This document shows, piece by piece, positions 1 to 9,605 of a DNA stretch of 58,003 nucleotides. A program made the translations under genes and the position numbers. This DNA is from Lachnospiraceae bacterium (GTDB lineage: Bacteria > Bacillota > Clostridia > Lachnospirales > Lachnospiraceae), in NCBI GenBank assembly GCA_030524665.1, contig JAUNGL010000003.1, positions 1 through 58,003 on the forward strand. The letters run 5' to 3'. Under the pieces are notes generated by a model that saw only the letters and a program-made list of their open reading frames with translations, ran no database searches and had not been told where the DNA came from. Position 1 is the first letter of the stretch. Every line of letters starts with the position of its first letter.

Positions 1-317
1 TCGTCGGAGCGTTACCCGCGTTTGCGTGGGGTGTCCCGAACCCATGGCGGGCGTCTGTTCGTAGTCAATTAAACACAAAGTTGACTCAACTTTTAGATGG
101 GGTGACGGAGTGTGTTGTTCTCATGATTGCTTTTTCCGGGAGAATATGAGAAAATAGAAGAAACAAAAAGCAGTATCCGTGTATCTCTGCAAATTACCGG
201 AGATTATATTTTGCAGGGGATAGGACTCCTGACAGGACTGGTTTGATATTACGCACTGCCCGGAGGGGCGAGAGCCTTATAGAATGGAAAGATAAATCAA
301 AAGTAGGAGGTATTCAA

Positions 318-1430
318 ATGCAGGAAACAAGACCATTTGTCCCATGGGATATGATGAATGATTTTATGATTGAGGTATTTAAAAAAGAGGGGGTTCCGCA
401 GGCGGATGCGGAAATTTGTGCGGATGTATTGCTTGAGAGTGACCGGAGAGGCATTGAGAGTCATGGCTGCAACCGTTTCAAACCGATCTATATTGACCGG
501 ATTGACGCAGGTATCCTGAATCCGGTGACGGAGTTTGAGGTTGTGAAGGAGACACCTACGACGGCAGTAGTGGACGGCCACAACGGAATGGGAATGGTCA
601 TCGGCAAAAAGGCGATGCAGATGGCGATAGATAAGGCAAAGAAATACGGAATGGGTATGGTAGCCGTGCGCAATTCGACTCATTACGGGATTGCAGGATA
701 TTATGTGACCATGTGTACAAAGGAAAACATGATTGGAATGACGGGTACGAACGCCCGCCCGTCGATTGCTCCGACTTTTGGTGTGGAAAATATGCTCGGT
801 ACGAATCCAATCACATTCGGTCTTCCGACGGATGAAGAGTTTCCGTTTGTGCTTGATTGTGCGACCTCGATTTCACAGCGCGGCAAGATCGAATACTATG
901 CCCGTGCTGGGCTTCCGACTCCGGCCGGTATGGTGATCGGACGTGATGGTGAAGCAATGACGGACAGTGAAGATATTCTGCTTGCCCTGACGCAGGGCAG
1001 AGCGGCACTTGCACCGCTTGGCGGTATCGGTGAGGAGTTGGCAGGCTACAAGGGGTACGGCTATGCGACTGTTGTGGAGATTCTGTCTGCTGCGCTGCAG
1101 GCAGGCAGCTTTCTGAAGATGCTGTCCGGTGTCGGAGAGCATGGTGAAAAGATCCCGTATCCATTGGGCCACTTTTTCCTGGCCATTGATACGGAAGCGT
1201 TTGTGGGTTCTGAGTCTTTCAAAAAGACGGCAGGCGATATCCTGCGTGAATTACGCGCATCGCAGAAAGCCCCGGGACATGACCGGATCTATACGGCAGG
1301 AGAGAAGGAATACGACATCTGGCAGTTCCGCAAGGATAAGGGAGTTCCGGTCGGAGAGGCTGTGCAGAAGGAACTGGTCGCAATGCGGGATAGATTTGGG
1401 CTGACACAGTTTGTATTTCCATTCGAGTGA
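318..1430 (+). CDS. Ldh_2-family (malate/L-lactate/ureidoglycolate-type) NAD(P)-dependent oxidoreductase
   Basis: Motifs RGIESHG, VDGHNGMG, VRNSTHYG, GTNPI, DCATS, GYKGYG. SD AGGAGG precedes ATG at 318; the ORF-track start at 243 is probably too early. Confidence 0.9.
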   Translation: MQETRPFVPWDMMNDFMIEVFKKEGVPQADAEICADVLLESDRRGIESHGCNRFKPIYIDRIDAGILNPVTEFEVVKETPTTAVVDGHNGMGMVIGKKAMQMAIDKAKKYGMGMVAVRNSTHYGIAGYYVTMCTKENMIGMTGTNARPSIAPTFGVENMLGTNPITFGLPTDEEFPFVLDCATSISQRGKIEYYARAGLPTPAGMVIGRDGEAMTDSEDILLALTQGRAALAPLGGIGEELAGYKGYGYATVVEILSAALQAGSFLKMLSGVGEHGEKIPYPLGHFFLAIDTEAFVGSESFKKTAGDILRELRASQKAPGHDRIYTAGEKEYDIWQFRKDKGVPVGEAVQKELVAMRDRFGLTQFVFPFE

Positions 1431-1558
1431 GCTCTCGTGATGCAGTGAAAGTGAGAAACTGTCTTGTGGAAAAAAGCAGGAGCGTACGGTGGAAGAGTTC
1501 ATGAAGCGGATTCTGTATGTCTGTTTTGCTGACAAGACGGAATGGTAAAGGAGTTATT

Positions 1559-3661
1559 GTGGAAAAAAGAAAAGATTACATATTTGGAGATATGGCTTTC
1601 CGCTATGAGACGGATGGTGCAGGCCATGTCGGACTGCTTATGTTTCCGGCGGATGGTCCGGTGGAGGAAGTGCAGGAGAAGAGGGCGTCTCTCGATTCTA
1701 TGGTACAGTTGAAGCTGATGGGAGATGCGTATAATGGCGCCTACGGGCCGGGACAGACTATGCGGTGCGGTGAGAGCACACAGAGGCTGGTATTTGAGAG
1801 CCAGAGGCTGACGCAGGTAGACAAACATAAAACGATTGAAACAGTGCTGAAGGATGAGAGGGGATACCGTGTGTTCCATCGTCTGGTCTGGAAGGAAGGG
1901 GATCGGTTTGTGCGCGTACGGTGCTCGTTTGAGAATCGTAGTGAGAAGGAGATCATGCTGGAGCTTCTGACAAGCTTTTCTCTTCAGGGGATCTCCCCGT
2001 ATCTGCCGGGTGATTGCTCAGGAGAGATTACGGTACACCGGCTTCAGTCGAGATGGAGTCAGGAGGGAAGGCTGCTGTCGCAGACGCTGGAAGAGCTGCA
2101 GCTGGAACCGTCATGGGGAAATTGTGCGATACGCTGCGAACGGTTCGGACAGGTAGGTTCAATGCCTGTGAACCATTATTTCCCGTTTCTTGCAATAGAG
2201 GATACGAAGACAGGTGTATTCTGGGGTGTGCAGCTTGCTCATCCGGCATCATGGCAGATGGAGATTTACCGGTTCGATGAAAATATTGCAGTCAGCGGAG
2301 GGCTGGCAGATCGTGAATTCGGACATTGGATGAAAAAGGTGGCTCCGGGCGAGTGCTTTACAACGCCGGAGGCAATTCTGACGGTTGTCCGGGCAGACTC
2401 TGTGGATGTGCTGAGTGCCCGTCTCACAGCGGCAGGCGAAGACACAGTGAACGCAGGACCGGAGTCGGAGCAGAGTCTTCCGATTATTTTCAATGAGTAC
2501 TGTACTACCTGGGGATGTCCGTCCCATGAGAACATCTCCGGTATTCTCGAAGCAATCCGGGGAAAGGGATTTGATTATTTTGTGATAGACTGCGGCTGGT
2601 ATAAGGCGGACGGCGTTCCGTGGGATATCAGCATGGGTGATTACGTTCCATCACGGACCCTGTTTCCGGAAGGGCTCGGAAGAACCGTACAGGCGATTCA
2701 CGACGCCGGAATGAAAGCCGGAATCTGGTTTGAGATTGAGAATGTCGGCCCGGCAGCAGAGGCATATCAGAATACGGAGCACCTGCTGAAGCTGGATGGT
2801 TCCGTGCTGACAACGAGTAGGCGCAGATTCTGGGATATGAATGATCCGTGGGTACAGGATTATCTGACAGAGCGTGTGATTGGGACCCTGAAGTCATACG
2901 GTTTTGAATATATGAAGATTGACTATAATGATACGATTGGCATTGGATGTGACGGATGTGAGTCTATCGGTGAAGGACTTCGCCGGAATATGGAGGCAAC
3001 CATGGAATTTCTGGAAAAGGTAAAACGCGAGGTTCCAGGAATTGTTCTGGAAAACTGTGCATCCGGCGGGCATCGTCTGGAGCCTGGTTTTATGGCGGCG
3101 ACCAGCATGGCGTCCTTTTCAGATGCGCACGAGTGTGTGGAGATTCCGATTATTGCGGCTAATCTGCACCGCGCAATTCTGCCGCGTCAGAGCCAGATCT
3201 GGGCGGTGATCCGGGAGCAGGATTCTTTGAAGCGGATTGCATATTCGATTGCCAATACTTTTCTCGGACGGATGTGTCTGTCGGGAGATGTGACACATCT
3301 GACTGCAGCACAGTGGGATGTCATTGACCGGGGAATTGCATTTTACAGGAGGATTGCCCCGATCATCAAAGAGGGACAGACATACCAGCTCAGTCCTCAG
3401 ATTGAGAAGATCCGCCATCCGGAAGGCTGGCAGGGTATCGTGCGTGTCGGTACAAACGGAGAGGCGTATGTGTTGATTCATACATTCGGAGGAAAGCTGC
3501 CGGAATGCGTGCAGATGAAACTGCCGGAATGTATAGACAGGGAACTGCATATTGCCGAAATCTATTCGGACTCTCCTGAGAAAGTGGAGCTTGCGGACGG
3601 AGTACTCTGGTATGATTCGAGGGAAAACTGGAAGGCCGTGGCGGTACGGCTGGCGAAATAA
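1559..3661 (+). CDS. Glycoside hydrolase family 36 (alpha-galactosidase-like)
   Basis: FVIDCGW, GIWFEIE, YMKIDYN (nucleophile) and ENCASGGHR motifs. AAGGAG precedes GTG 1559 (ATG 1517 is an alternative). No signal peptide. Confidence 0.88.
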   Translation: MEKRKDYIFGDMAFRYETDGAGHVGLLMFPADGPVEEVQEKRASLDSMVQLKLMGDAYNGAYGPGQTMRCGESTQRLVFESQRLTQVDKHKTIETVLKDERGYRVFHRLVWKEGDRFVRVRCSFENRSEKEIMLELLTSFSLQGISPYLPGDCSGEITVHRLQSRWSQEGRLLSQTLEELQLEPSWGNCAIRCERFGQVGSMPVNHYFPFLAIEDTKTGVFWGVQLAHPASWQMEIYRFDENIAVSGGLADREFGHWMKKVAPGECFTTPEAILTVVRADSVDVLSARLTAAGEDTVNAGPESEQSLPIIFNEYCTTWGCPSHENISGILEAIRGKGFDYFVIDCGWYKADGVPWDISMGDYVPSRTLFPEGLGRTVQAIHDAGMKAGIWFEIENVGPAAEAYQNTEHLLKLDGSVLTTSRRRFWDMNDPWVQDYLTERVIGTLKSYGFEYMKIDYNDTIGIGCDGCESIGEGLRRNMEATMEFLEKVKREVPGIVLENCASGGHRLEPGFMAATSMASFSDAHECVEIPIIAANLHRAILPRQSQIWAVIREQDSLKRIAYSIANTFLGRMCLSGDVTHLTAAQWDVIDRGIAFYRRIAPIIKEGQTYQLSPQIEKIRHPEGWQGIVRVGTNGEAYVLIHTFGGKLPECVQMKLPECIDRELHIAEIYSDSPEKVELADGVLWYDSRENWKAVAVRLAK

Positions 3662-3662
3662 A

Positions 3663-3712
3663 AACAAACACTGTTGTTTTACAGGCAAGAGCCGAAAACA
3701 ACAGTGTTTGTT
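3663..3712. terminator. Probable bidirectional intrinsic terminator between convergent GH36 and Lrp genes
   Basis: 18-bp perfect inverted repeat AACAAACACTGTTGTTTT / AAAACAACAGTGTTTGTT between the two stop codons. Confidence 0.75.
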
Positions 3713-4184
3713 ATTCTGCCTTTGCGATACTGACTGTCTCTTCCGGAAGAGAAGAAAAGATATTTTTTTCCGTTCGGAGTACAAAGTGCGTTTTAGTCAT
3801 ACGAACCCCTTCCTGCTTTTTGATGCTGCGGTGGATTTCTTCGAGATCTCTGGAAGAATGGCAGCAGATTTTGAGCATATAGTCGAATTCGCCGGTCAGA
3901 TAGTAGCAGGCGACAATGTGGGGATTCTGCTGGATGTATTCCACAAAGTGATTCGTATAGCGGGGATGTTCGAGGCTGATTTCCATCAGAGCCGTCAGGT
4001 CATTTCCAATGCGTGATTCTTCCGTGATGATAGTGTAGGACTGGATGATTCCGGATGATTCCAGCTTGCGGATCCGGTCAATCACGGAAGAAACAGACAG
4101 GTGAACCTCGCGGCTGATATCAGATGCTTTCTTACGTGCGTTTTGTTTCAGGGCAGCGAGTATTTTGTAGTCAAGAGTATCCAT
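3711..4184 (-). CDS. Lrp/AsnC family transcriptional regulator
   Basis: MDTLDYKILAALKQNAR...LSVSSVIDRIRKLESSGII HTH and C-terminal CYYLTGEFDYMLKI. AAGGAG SD precedes ATG 4184. Confidence 0.93.
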   Translation of the reverse strand: MDTLDYKILAALKQNARKKASDISREVHLSVSSVIDRIRKLESSGIIQSYTIITEESRIGNDLTALMEISLEHPRYTNHFVEYIQQNPHIVACYYLTGEFDYMLKICCHSSRDLEEIHRSIKKQEGVRMTKTHFVLRTEKNIFSSLPEETVSIAKAE

Positions 4185-4213
4185 GGTGTCAGTCTCCTTT
4201 CTGAGGTTACGAT

Positions 4214-5149
4214 TCACAGTCCTGCAAACGGTATCTGCCAGTAGCCGTTGCCGATGACTTCTGATGCAGCCACCGAGCGGGCAGCCTGATTCAACGCTCT
4301 TAAAATTTCTTCTTCCACTTTCAGGGAAAAGCCATCGACACTGGGCTCAGATTTTTTGGTGACGCCGTCGACGCAGCCCATCGCTACAATGCGGTTCAGG
4401 TAATCCGAAACTTGTTGGCAGGAAGGAAAAATAAAAGAATGATTTTGAACCGCAAGGCATGCAGCAAGTGCATATGCCCCCCAGTTGGAGGTAGTTGCGA
4501 TAATCAGTTCATCGACTGTCACTGTGCAGGGATTGAGTGCAAGCTTTTCTGCAATCACATCTTTCAGATTTCCCATCCCGATTTCATTTCCACCGTCGCC
4601 GATCCCGACCGTAAGGATATGCTGCCTGGCAGCCAGCTCAAACATCGTATCAATCCGTGCGGTCTGGGCTGCGATGCTGCGTCCTTTCATGTTGGCATAG
4701 TCATTTTTCTGGTTCCTTCCGCAGCGTTCAATGGAGATCAGGCAGACGGGCTGGTAGTGTTCCAGGAGCTTTTGATAGACAGAAGCATCGGAGTCAAGTT
4801 CAACATATTCTACTGACAGATGTTCCGGTTCAAACAATTCCCGGCAGATATCATCCGTTACGATGGTCGGAACAAAGCCCAGCTTTTGAAGTGCTGCTGC
4901 CAGAACGACGGTTCCGGGAGGACCGTCGGTTTCTGCATGCCCGGAAACATAGAAGCCTGTGGTCAGCAGGACATTGCCGCGCGGAAGGGAAAAGATCTGT
5001 CTGGCTGCTTTTGCGCAGTAATCCGGTTCCAGATACTTCTGGAGAAGTGTCATTCCGCGGCCGGAATAGCGCAGGATGATATCTTCAATCGAATCGTCGG
5101 ATGACTGCGGACGGTTCTGATCTGAGGAAAATCGGATCGTCTGATTCAT
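4214..5149 (-). CDS. DUF4392 / D-glutamate cyclase C-terminal-domain protein
   Basis: ETDGPPG, ISIERCG, GIGDGGNEIGMG and SNWG motifs; lies next to a DUF1445 gene. Confidence 0.85.
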   Translation of the reverse strand: MNQTIRFSSDQNRPQSSDDSIEDIILRYSGRGMTLLQKYLEPDYCAKAARQIFSLPRGNVLLTTGFYVSGHAETDGPPGTVVLAAALQKLGFVPTIVTDDICRELFEPEHLSVEYVELDSDASVYQKLLEHYQPVCLISIERCGRNQKNDYANMKGRSIAAQTARIDTMFELAARQHILTVGIGDGGNEIGMGNLKDVIAEKLALNPCTVTVDELIIATTSNWGAYALAACLAVQNHSFIFPSCQQVSDYLNRIVAMGCVDGVTKKSEPSVDGFSLKVEEEILRALNQAARSVAASEVIGNGYWQIPFAGL

Positions 5150-5217
5150 AAGGTAACTACTTCCGTTCTGAGCAGGTTCATCTATGGTAGGATGAGGCGG
5201 TTATTTTGTGTCACGAT

Positions 5218-6012
5218 TTAATATTTCAGCTCTGTGTTGCGGATGTCTGTAATCAGCATATGCCCGGGGGCGTGAGTGATTGCAAGTGTTGGGTTTGATT
5301 CCATGACTACATTCTGCGGGGTCACTCCGCAGGGCCAGAAGACAGGTACTTCATTGTCATGAATGGTCACCATCTCACCGAAATCAGGTGTTCCAATATC
5401 TTTGATTCCGATCACTTCAGGAGATCCGATATGCACCGGTGCACCGTGGACACGCGGCATTTCTCCCGTGATCAGAACGGCTTTTGGAATCAATTCATAT
5501 GGAATGGGTCTCATGCTGACAACCATATTTCCATGGAAAATGCCTGCAGGTGTACATGGGATATTGGTTTTGTACATTGGGACATTGCAGTTTTCTTCAA
5601 TATGACGTACCGGGATATTGGCTTCCAGAAGAGCTGCCTCAAAGGAAAAACTGCAGCCAGTGAGAAAGCTGACAAAATCCTCCTGCCAGAATCCGGAAAC
5701 ATCGGTGTATTCTCCGTCCAGAGTGCCATTCCGGTAGATGCGGTAACGTGGGAGATCCTTTGCGATATCCGCACCGTCCGCAATTTGATGTAGAATGCGG
5801 CTTCCGGTATCACTGACCTCAAGCAGCGGGCAGGATTTCGGATTGCGCTGGGTAAACAGGAGAAAGTCATAGGCCAAGTCCCCGGGAAGTACGACCAGAT
5901 TTGCCTGTGCGTAGCCGGCACACATTCCGGCAGTCGGGCCAGTGATTTTTTCTTCACGGATCAGGGATCGGACCTCTTTTGGAATCATGTTTGCGTAATC
6001 TGTGAAAGTCAT
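5218..6012 (-). CDS. DUF1445/UPF0317 putative hydro-lyase (YcsI-like; D-glutamate cyclase family)
   Basis: GYAQANLV, QRNPKSCPLL, GCSFSFE, MVVSMRP, HGAPVHIG, FWPCGVTPQ and ITHAPGHM motifs. Confidence 0.92.
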   Translation of the reverse strand: MTFTDYANMIPKEVRSLIREEKITGPTAGMCAGYAQANLVVLPGDLAYDFLLFTQRNPKSCPLLEVSDTGSRILHQIADGADIAKDLPRYRIYRNGTLDGEYTDVSGFWQEDFVSFLTGCSFSFEAALLEANIPVRHIEENCNVPMYKTNIPCTPAGIFHGNMVVSMRPIPYELIPKAVLITGEMPRVHGAPVHIGSPEVIGIKDIGTPDFGEMVTIHDNEVPVFWPCGVTPQNVVMESNPTLAITHAPGHMLITDIRNTELKY

Positions 6013-6027
6013 ATGCAGTGCCTCCTG

Positions 6028-6867
6028 TCAGCAGGTCGCTTCGTAAAATTCGTCCAGCAATGCTTTCCGGATGCGTTCCAGCAGCTCAGGTTGTTTTCCA
6101 CCGACCGGTTTTCCGTCAATTTCACTGGCATGCAGACAGAGGTTGCTTGAACTTGTGACCAGAACTTCCTCTGCCTGATAGAGATCATCCAGAGTAAATG
6201 CGGTCTCATTGACGGGGATTTCCAGCTTTTTGCACATGCGGATCAGGTGTGCCCGCGCGATTCCGGGAAGAATCAGGTTGTCGGTGGGAGCAGTGCGCAG
6301 CATTCCATCCTGAATAATATGCACATTACTGTGTGCACATTCTGTCACCCGTCCGCCCGGACGGTAAAAAACAGATTCCTGGCATCCGGCCTCTTTTGCT
6401 CTCTGAGCCGCCATGACGGATGGAATCAGATTCAGAGTCTTGATGTTGCAGTGGAAGAAACGGGTGTCCTCCGTAGTGATCATACGAATCGGAGCGATGC
6501 CGTCTGAGATTTCAGCGGGAGTCAGGGAAATCCAGAGGTTGCCGATGCCTTCCGTGAACGCATGATTGCGGATACCGGTACCGCGTGTGACTTGATAGTA
6601 GACGAACAGGTCCCCTGTATCCATTTTGAGTACCATATCGTGAAGAAGTGCTTTCAGCTCCTCTTTAGTTACAGGCATTTTAATCTTCAGAAGTCCGGCG
6701 CTGTTGAAAAAACGGTCGATGTGTTCATCGATTGCAAATATTTTGTAATTGCGGCAGGGACCGGCATCATAGACACCATCTCCGAACCAGCATACCCGGT
6801 CATTCATAGGAATGCTCATATCCTCGAGTTCACCAAATTTACCATTGTAATAGCCCAGTGTTTTCAT
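6028..6867 (-). CDS. dat: PLP fold-type IV aminotransferase, D-amino-acid transaminase-like
   Basis: DRVCWFGDGVYD, YYQVTRG, RNHAF, CNIKTLNLIPSV (PLP Lys) and ILPGIAR motifs. GGGAGG SD precedes ATG 6867. Confidence 0.82.
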   Translation of the reverse strand: MKTLGYYNGKFGELEDMSIPMNDRVCWFGDGVYDAGPCRNYKIFAIDEHIDRFFNSAGLLKIKMPVTKEELKALLHDMVLKMDTGDLFVYYQVTRGTGIRNHAFTEGIGNLWISLTPAEISDGIAPIRMITTEDTRFFHCNIKTLNLIPSVMAAQRAKEAGCQESVFYRPGGRVTECAHSNVHIIQDGMLRTAPTDNLILPGIARAHLIRMCKKLEIPVNETAFTLDDLYQAEEVLVTSSSNLCLHASEIDGKPVGGKQPELLERIRKALLDEFYEATC

Positions 6868-7026
6868 AAGAAGCCTCCCTTGCTTTATATGGCTCATTGT
6901 TATGCGAAAAATGAAGTCCGCCATACAGACCCCGGTTCCGCTGCGCTGCATCTCAGTCACGGGCCCCTTGCCGGGGCAGCATCCTGCCCTTAAATCGGGT
7001 GGATAAACTCCGTCCTGTAAAATGAG

Positions 7027-7105
7027 AAAAAAAGACAGACGGCAGGAGTGCGACTCCTTTGCCGTCTGTTGCCCTGATTTTATAGCTGGTTTTTGGAAAA
7101 GTCAA
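7027..7105 (-). promoter_or_regulatory. Sigma-A promoter and leader terminator with ANTAR-like hairpin (dat operon)
   Basis: Minus strand TTGACT-17-TAAAAT, then ACAGACGGCA...TGCCGTCTGT-C-T7 terminator containing GGC-AAAGGA-GTC. Confidence 0.65.
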
Positions 7106-7258
7106 TCGTTTCTGCAAAATAATAATGTTTTTCATTTCATTTGAACATGGCAAAAAATATTTCGGAGAAAATCTGAATCATGAAAAAATTTATGGATTCC
7201 GGTTTGGTTTGAGAAAAAACGAAGGGGAAATCTTGGGGTGACTGAGGAATTTGGACTG

Positions 7259-7347
7259 TTGACAGATCAGGATGAGGGGTGTATAGTCGACGGCAACAAA
7301 ACAAAGGCGTTTGGTCAAGGTTTTCCTGATCAGGCGCCTTTTTGTTT
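7259..7347 (+). promoter_or_regulatory. Sigma-A promoter and leader terminator with ANTAR-like hairpin (liv operon)
   Basis: TTGACA-17-TATAGT; AAAC-AAAGGC-GTTT hairpin (7299-7312) overlaps the 5' arm of the stem AAAGGCGTTTGGTCA/TGATCAGGCGCCTTT, followed by a T-rich tail. Confidence 0.7.
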
Positions 7348-7375
7348 GTACCTTTAATAATGAGGAGGAGATATT

Positions 7376-8524
7376 ATGAAAAAGAAAGCAGTAAGCGCAG
7401 TTCTGATTCTTGCCATGACAGTTTCTATGATGGCAGGAACAGCAGTTTTTGCAGAGGAAGAGGATCACGTGATTCGTGTAGGTGCGATCTGTGCCATGAC
7501 CGGAGGTTCCGCAGTATATGGCGAGGGCGCTCAGAACGCGATTGATATGGCAGTCGAAGAAATCAATGCTTCTGATTCTGAATACAAGATCGAGATTGTG
7601 AATGGAGGCAAGGTTGTAGACGATGCGAAGGATGCAAAGCAGGCAGTCAATGCCTACAACTCTCTGGAAGCAGAAGAACCGGAAGCGGTCGTAGGCTCCT
7701 TCTTTTCCGCGGTGACCCTTCCGATGGCGGAGCTGGCAGCTGAGGACAACATGCTTCTGCTGGCCACCGGAGCCACGAATTCCAAGGTAACGGAAATCGG
7801 GCCGACCATCTTCCGTAACTGTTTCATTGACCCGTTCCAGGGCAAGATGGCAGCACAGTTTGCAAACGAACAGGGATATAAGACGGCGGCCATTATTTAT
7901 GCGAAGGATGATGATTATTCCAACGGTCTGAAGGATGCATTCATTGAGAGTGCAGAGGCACTTGGGATAGAGGTTGCATACGTAGGTGAATGCACGACAA
8001 CAGATACCGATTTTACCGCTCAGGCTACACAGTCAGTTGGTTCCGGAGCAGACTTCGTATTCTATCCGTGCTTCCTGGATACCGTTCCGCTTCTCGTACA
8101 GCAGGTAAGAGATGCGGGCTTTGAAGGCGCGATCATGGGCGGTGACGGCTGGGACGGTGCCGATACGACTGGTCTGGAGGATTATTTTGTAAACTGCTAT
8201 TTTACGAACCACTATTCATCTGAAGATACAGCACCGGCTGTACAGGAATTTGTAAGCAAGTATACGGAGAAATACGGAGATGAGAGCCTGAATGCATGTG
8301 CAGCGCTGTACTATGATGCTATGTATATGCTGGTAGAAGCTGCGAAGAACGGCGGCGGTTCTGATACGGAATCTCTTGTAAAGGGAATGACTGAAATGAA
8401 GTTCAGCGGTGTAGCCGGGGACATTTATCTGGATGAGAAGGGTGACGCGATTAAGCCAGTCGTTGTAAATACATATGAGGATGGAAAAATCAAGTGGCTG
8501 AAGACCATTGCACCGGAAGAATAA
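7376..8524 (+). CDS. livJ: Branched-chain amino acid (HAAT) ABC transporter substrate-binding protein
   Basis: IRVGAICAMTG, FRNCFIDPFQG, DDYSNGL, GGDGWD motifs; signal peptide ending AVFA; first gene of a liv-type operon. Confidence 0.9.
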   Translation: MKKKAVSAVLILAMTVSMMAGTAVFAEEEDHVIRVGAICAMTGGSAVYGEGAQNAIDMAVEEINASDSEYKIEIVNGGKVVDDAKDAKQAVNAYNSLEAEEPEAVVGSFFSAVTLPMAELAAEDNMLLLATGATNSKVTEIGPTIFRNCFIDPFQGKMAAQFANEQGYKTAAIIYAKDDDYSNGLKDAFIESAEALGIEVAYVGECTTTDTDFTAQATQSVGSGADFVFYPCFLDTVPLLVQQVRDAGFEGAIMGGDGWDGADTTGLEDYFVNCYFTNHYSSEDTAPAVQEFVSKYTEKYGDESLNACAALYYDAMYMLVEAAKNGGGSDTESLVKGMTEMKFSGVAGDIYLDEKGDAIKPVVVNTYEDGKIKWLKTIAPEE

Positions 8525-8707
8525 ATCCGGGATTTGAAAAGCGATGAACAGCTCTGTCTGAAAAGGTGAAAGGTTCTTGCTCAGGAAACAGGTTCTAGGG
8601 CGGGAACCTTTGATTCAATAGGGCGGGCATGTCTGAAAAAGAACACGGCAGAGGTACATCAGACCAAAATGGCAGAGTGCCTGTGCGCCGGAGGGGGGAG
8701 GAAATTT

Positions 8708-9595
8708 GTGTCTATCTTTGTACAGAGTTTGATTAACGGGCTGAATCAGGGCGCGATTTATGCACTGATTGCCCTTGGCTATACCATGGTATATAGCATT
8801 TTACGCATGATCAATTTTGCACATGGCGATTTTATCATGGTGGGTGCATATACCATGTTTTATACGGCACCGTTGATGGTAAGCTACGGGATGCCGCCGT
8901 GGCTTGCGGTATTTGCGGCAATTCTTGCATGTACAGTAGTCGGTGTGCTGGTGGAGCGGATTGCATACAAACCCGTACGGAATTCAGGTTCCATGTCGGC
9001 ACTGATTACGGCACTTGCCATGAGCCTTTTTCTGGAAAATCTTGCGATGGTGCTTTTTGGAGGGAATCCGAAGACGGTCGTAAAAATCTTTGACCTGCCG
9101 ATGATAGAGATTCTGGGGGCGAAAATCCAGTTGAAATATCTTCTGACACTTGGAATCGGGCTTGTGATTATGATTGTCCTGACTGTTTTTGTCCGTGTGA
9201 CGAAGCTGGGAAAGGCAATGCGTGCGGTTCCGCAGGACCGTGAAGCGGCTACAATTGTTGGGATCAATGTAGACCGGATCATTACGGTGACATTTGCGAT
9301 CGGTTCCGCGCTTGCTGCGGTAGCAGCTATGATGTACTGCTCGACTTATCCGAGATGTACAACCGATATGGGTTCCATGATGGGGATTAAGGCTTTCATA
9401 GCAGCGGTTCTTGGCGGGATCGGTATAATTCCGGGAGCGATGCTCGGCGGGATTATCGTCGGATTGATTGAAATTCTGGTTAAAGTTTACATAGCGCCGG
9501 GCTGGTATGAGGCGATTACGTATGGAATTCTGATCGTTGTACTGTTAATCAAACCGTCTGGTATTCTGGGTAAGAATGTCGGAGAAAAGGTGTGA
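8708..9595 (+). CDS. livH: HAAT ABC transporter permease
   Basis: YALIALGYTMVY, INFAHG, GKAMRAV, KAFIAAVLGGIG motifs; GGAGG precedes GTG 8708. Confidence 0.93.
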   Translation: MSIFVQSLINGLNQGAIYALIALGYTMVYSILRMINFAHGDFIMVGAYTMFYTAPLMVSYGMPPWLAVFAAILACTVVGVLVERIAYKPVRNSGSMSALITALAMSLFLENLAMVLFGGNPKTVVKIFDLPMIEILGAKIQLKYLLTLGIGLVIMIVLTVFVRVTKLGKAMRAVPQDREAATIVGINVDRIITVTFAIGSALAAVAAMMYCSTYPRCTTDMGSMMGIKAFIAAVLGGIGIIPGAMLGGIIVGLIEILVKVYIAPGWYEAITYGILIVVLLIKPSGILGKNVGEKV

Positions 9596-9605
9596 GGTGA
9601 GGAGA

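Noticed and set aside
1-115. Structured-looking GC-rich stretch with an AGTCAA/TTGACT stem; considered as 6S RNA, ZTP riboswitch or IS200/IS605-type RNA
   Set aside because: Truncated by the window edge, with only fragmentary resemblance to each; needs upstream sequence and an Rfam scan.
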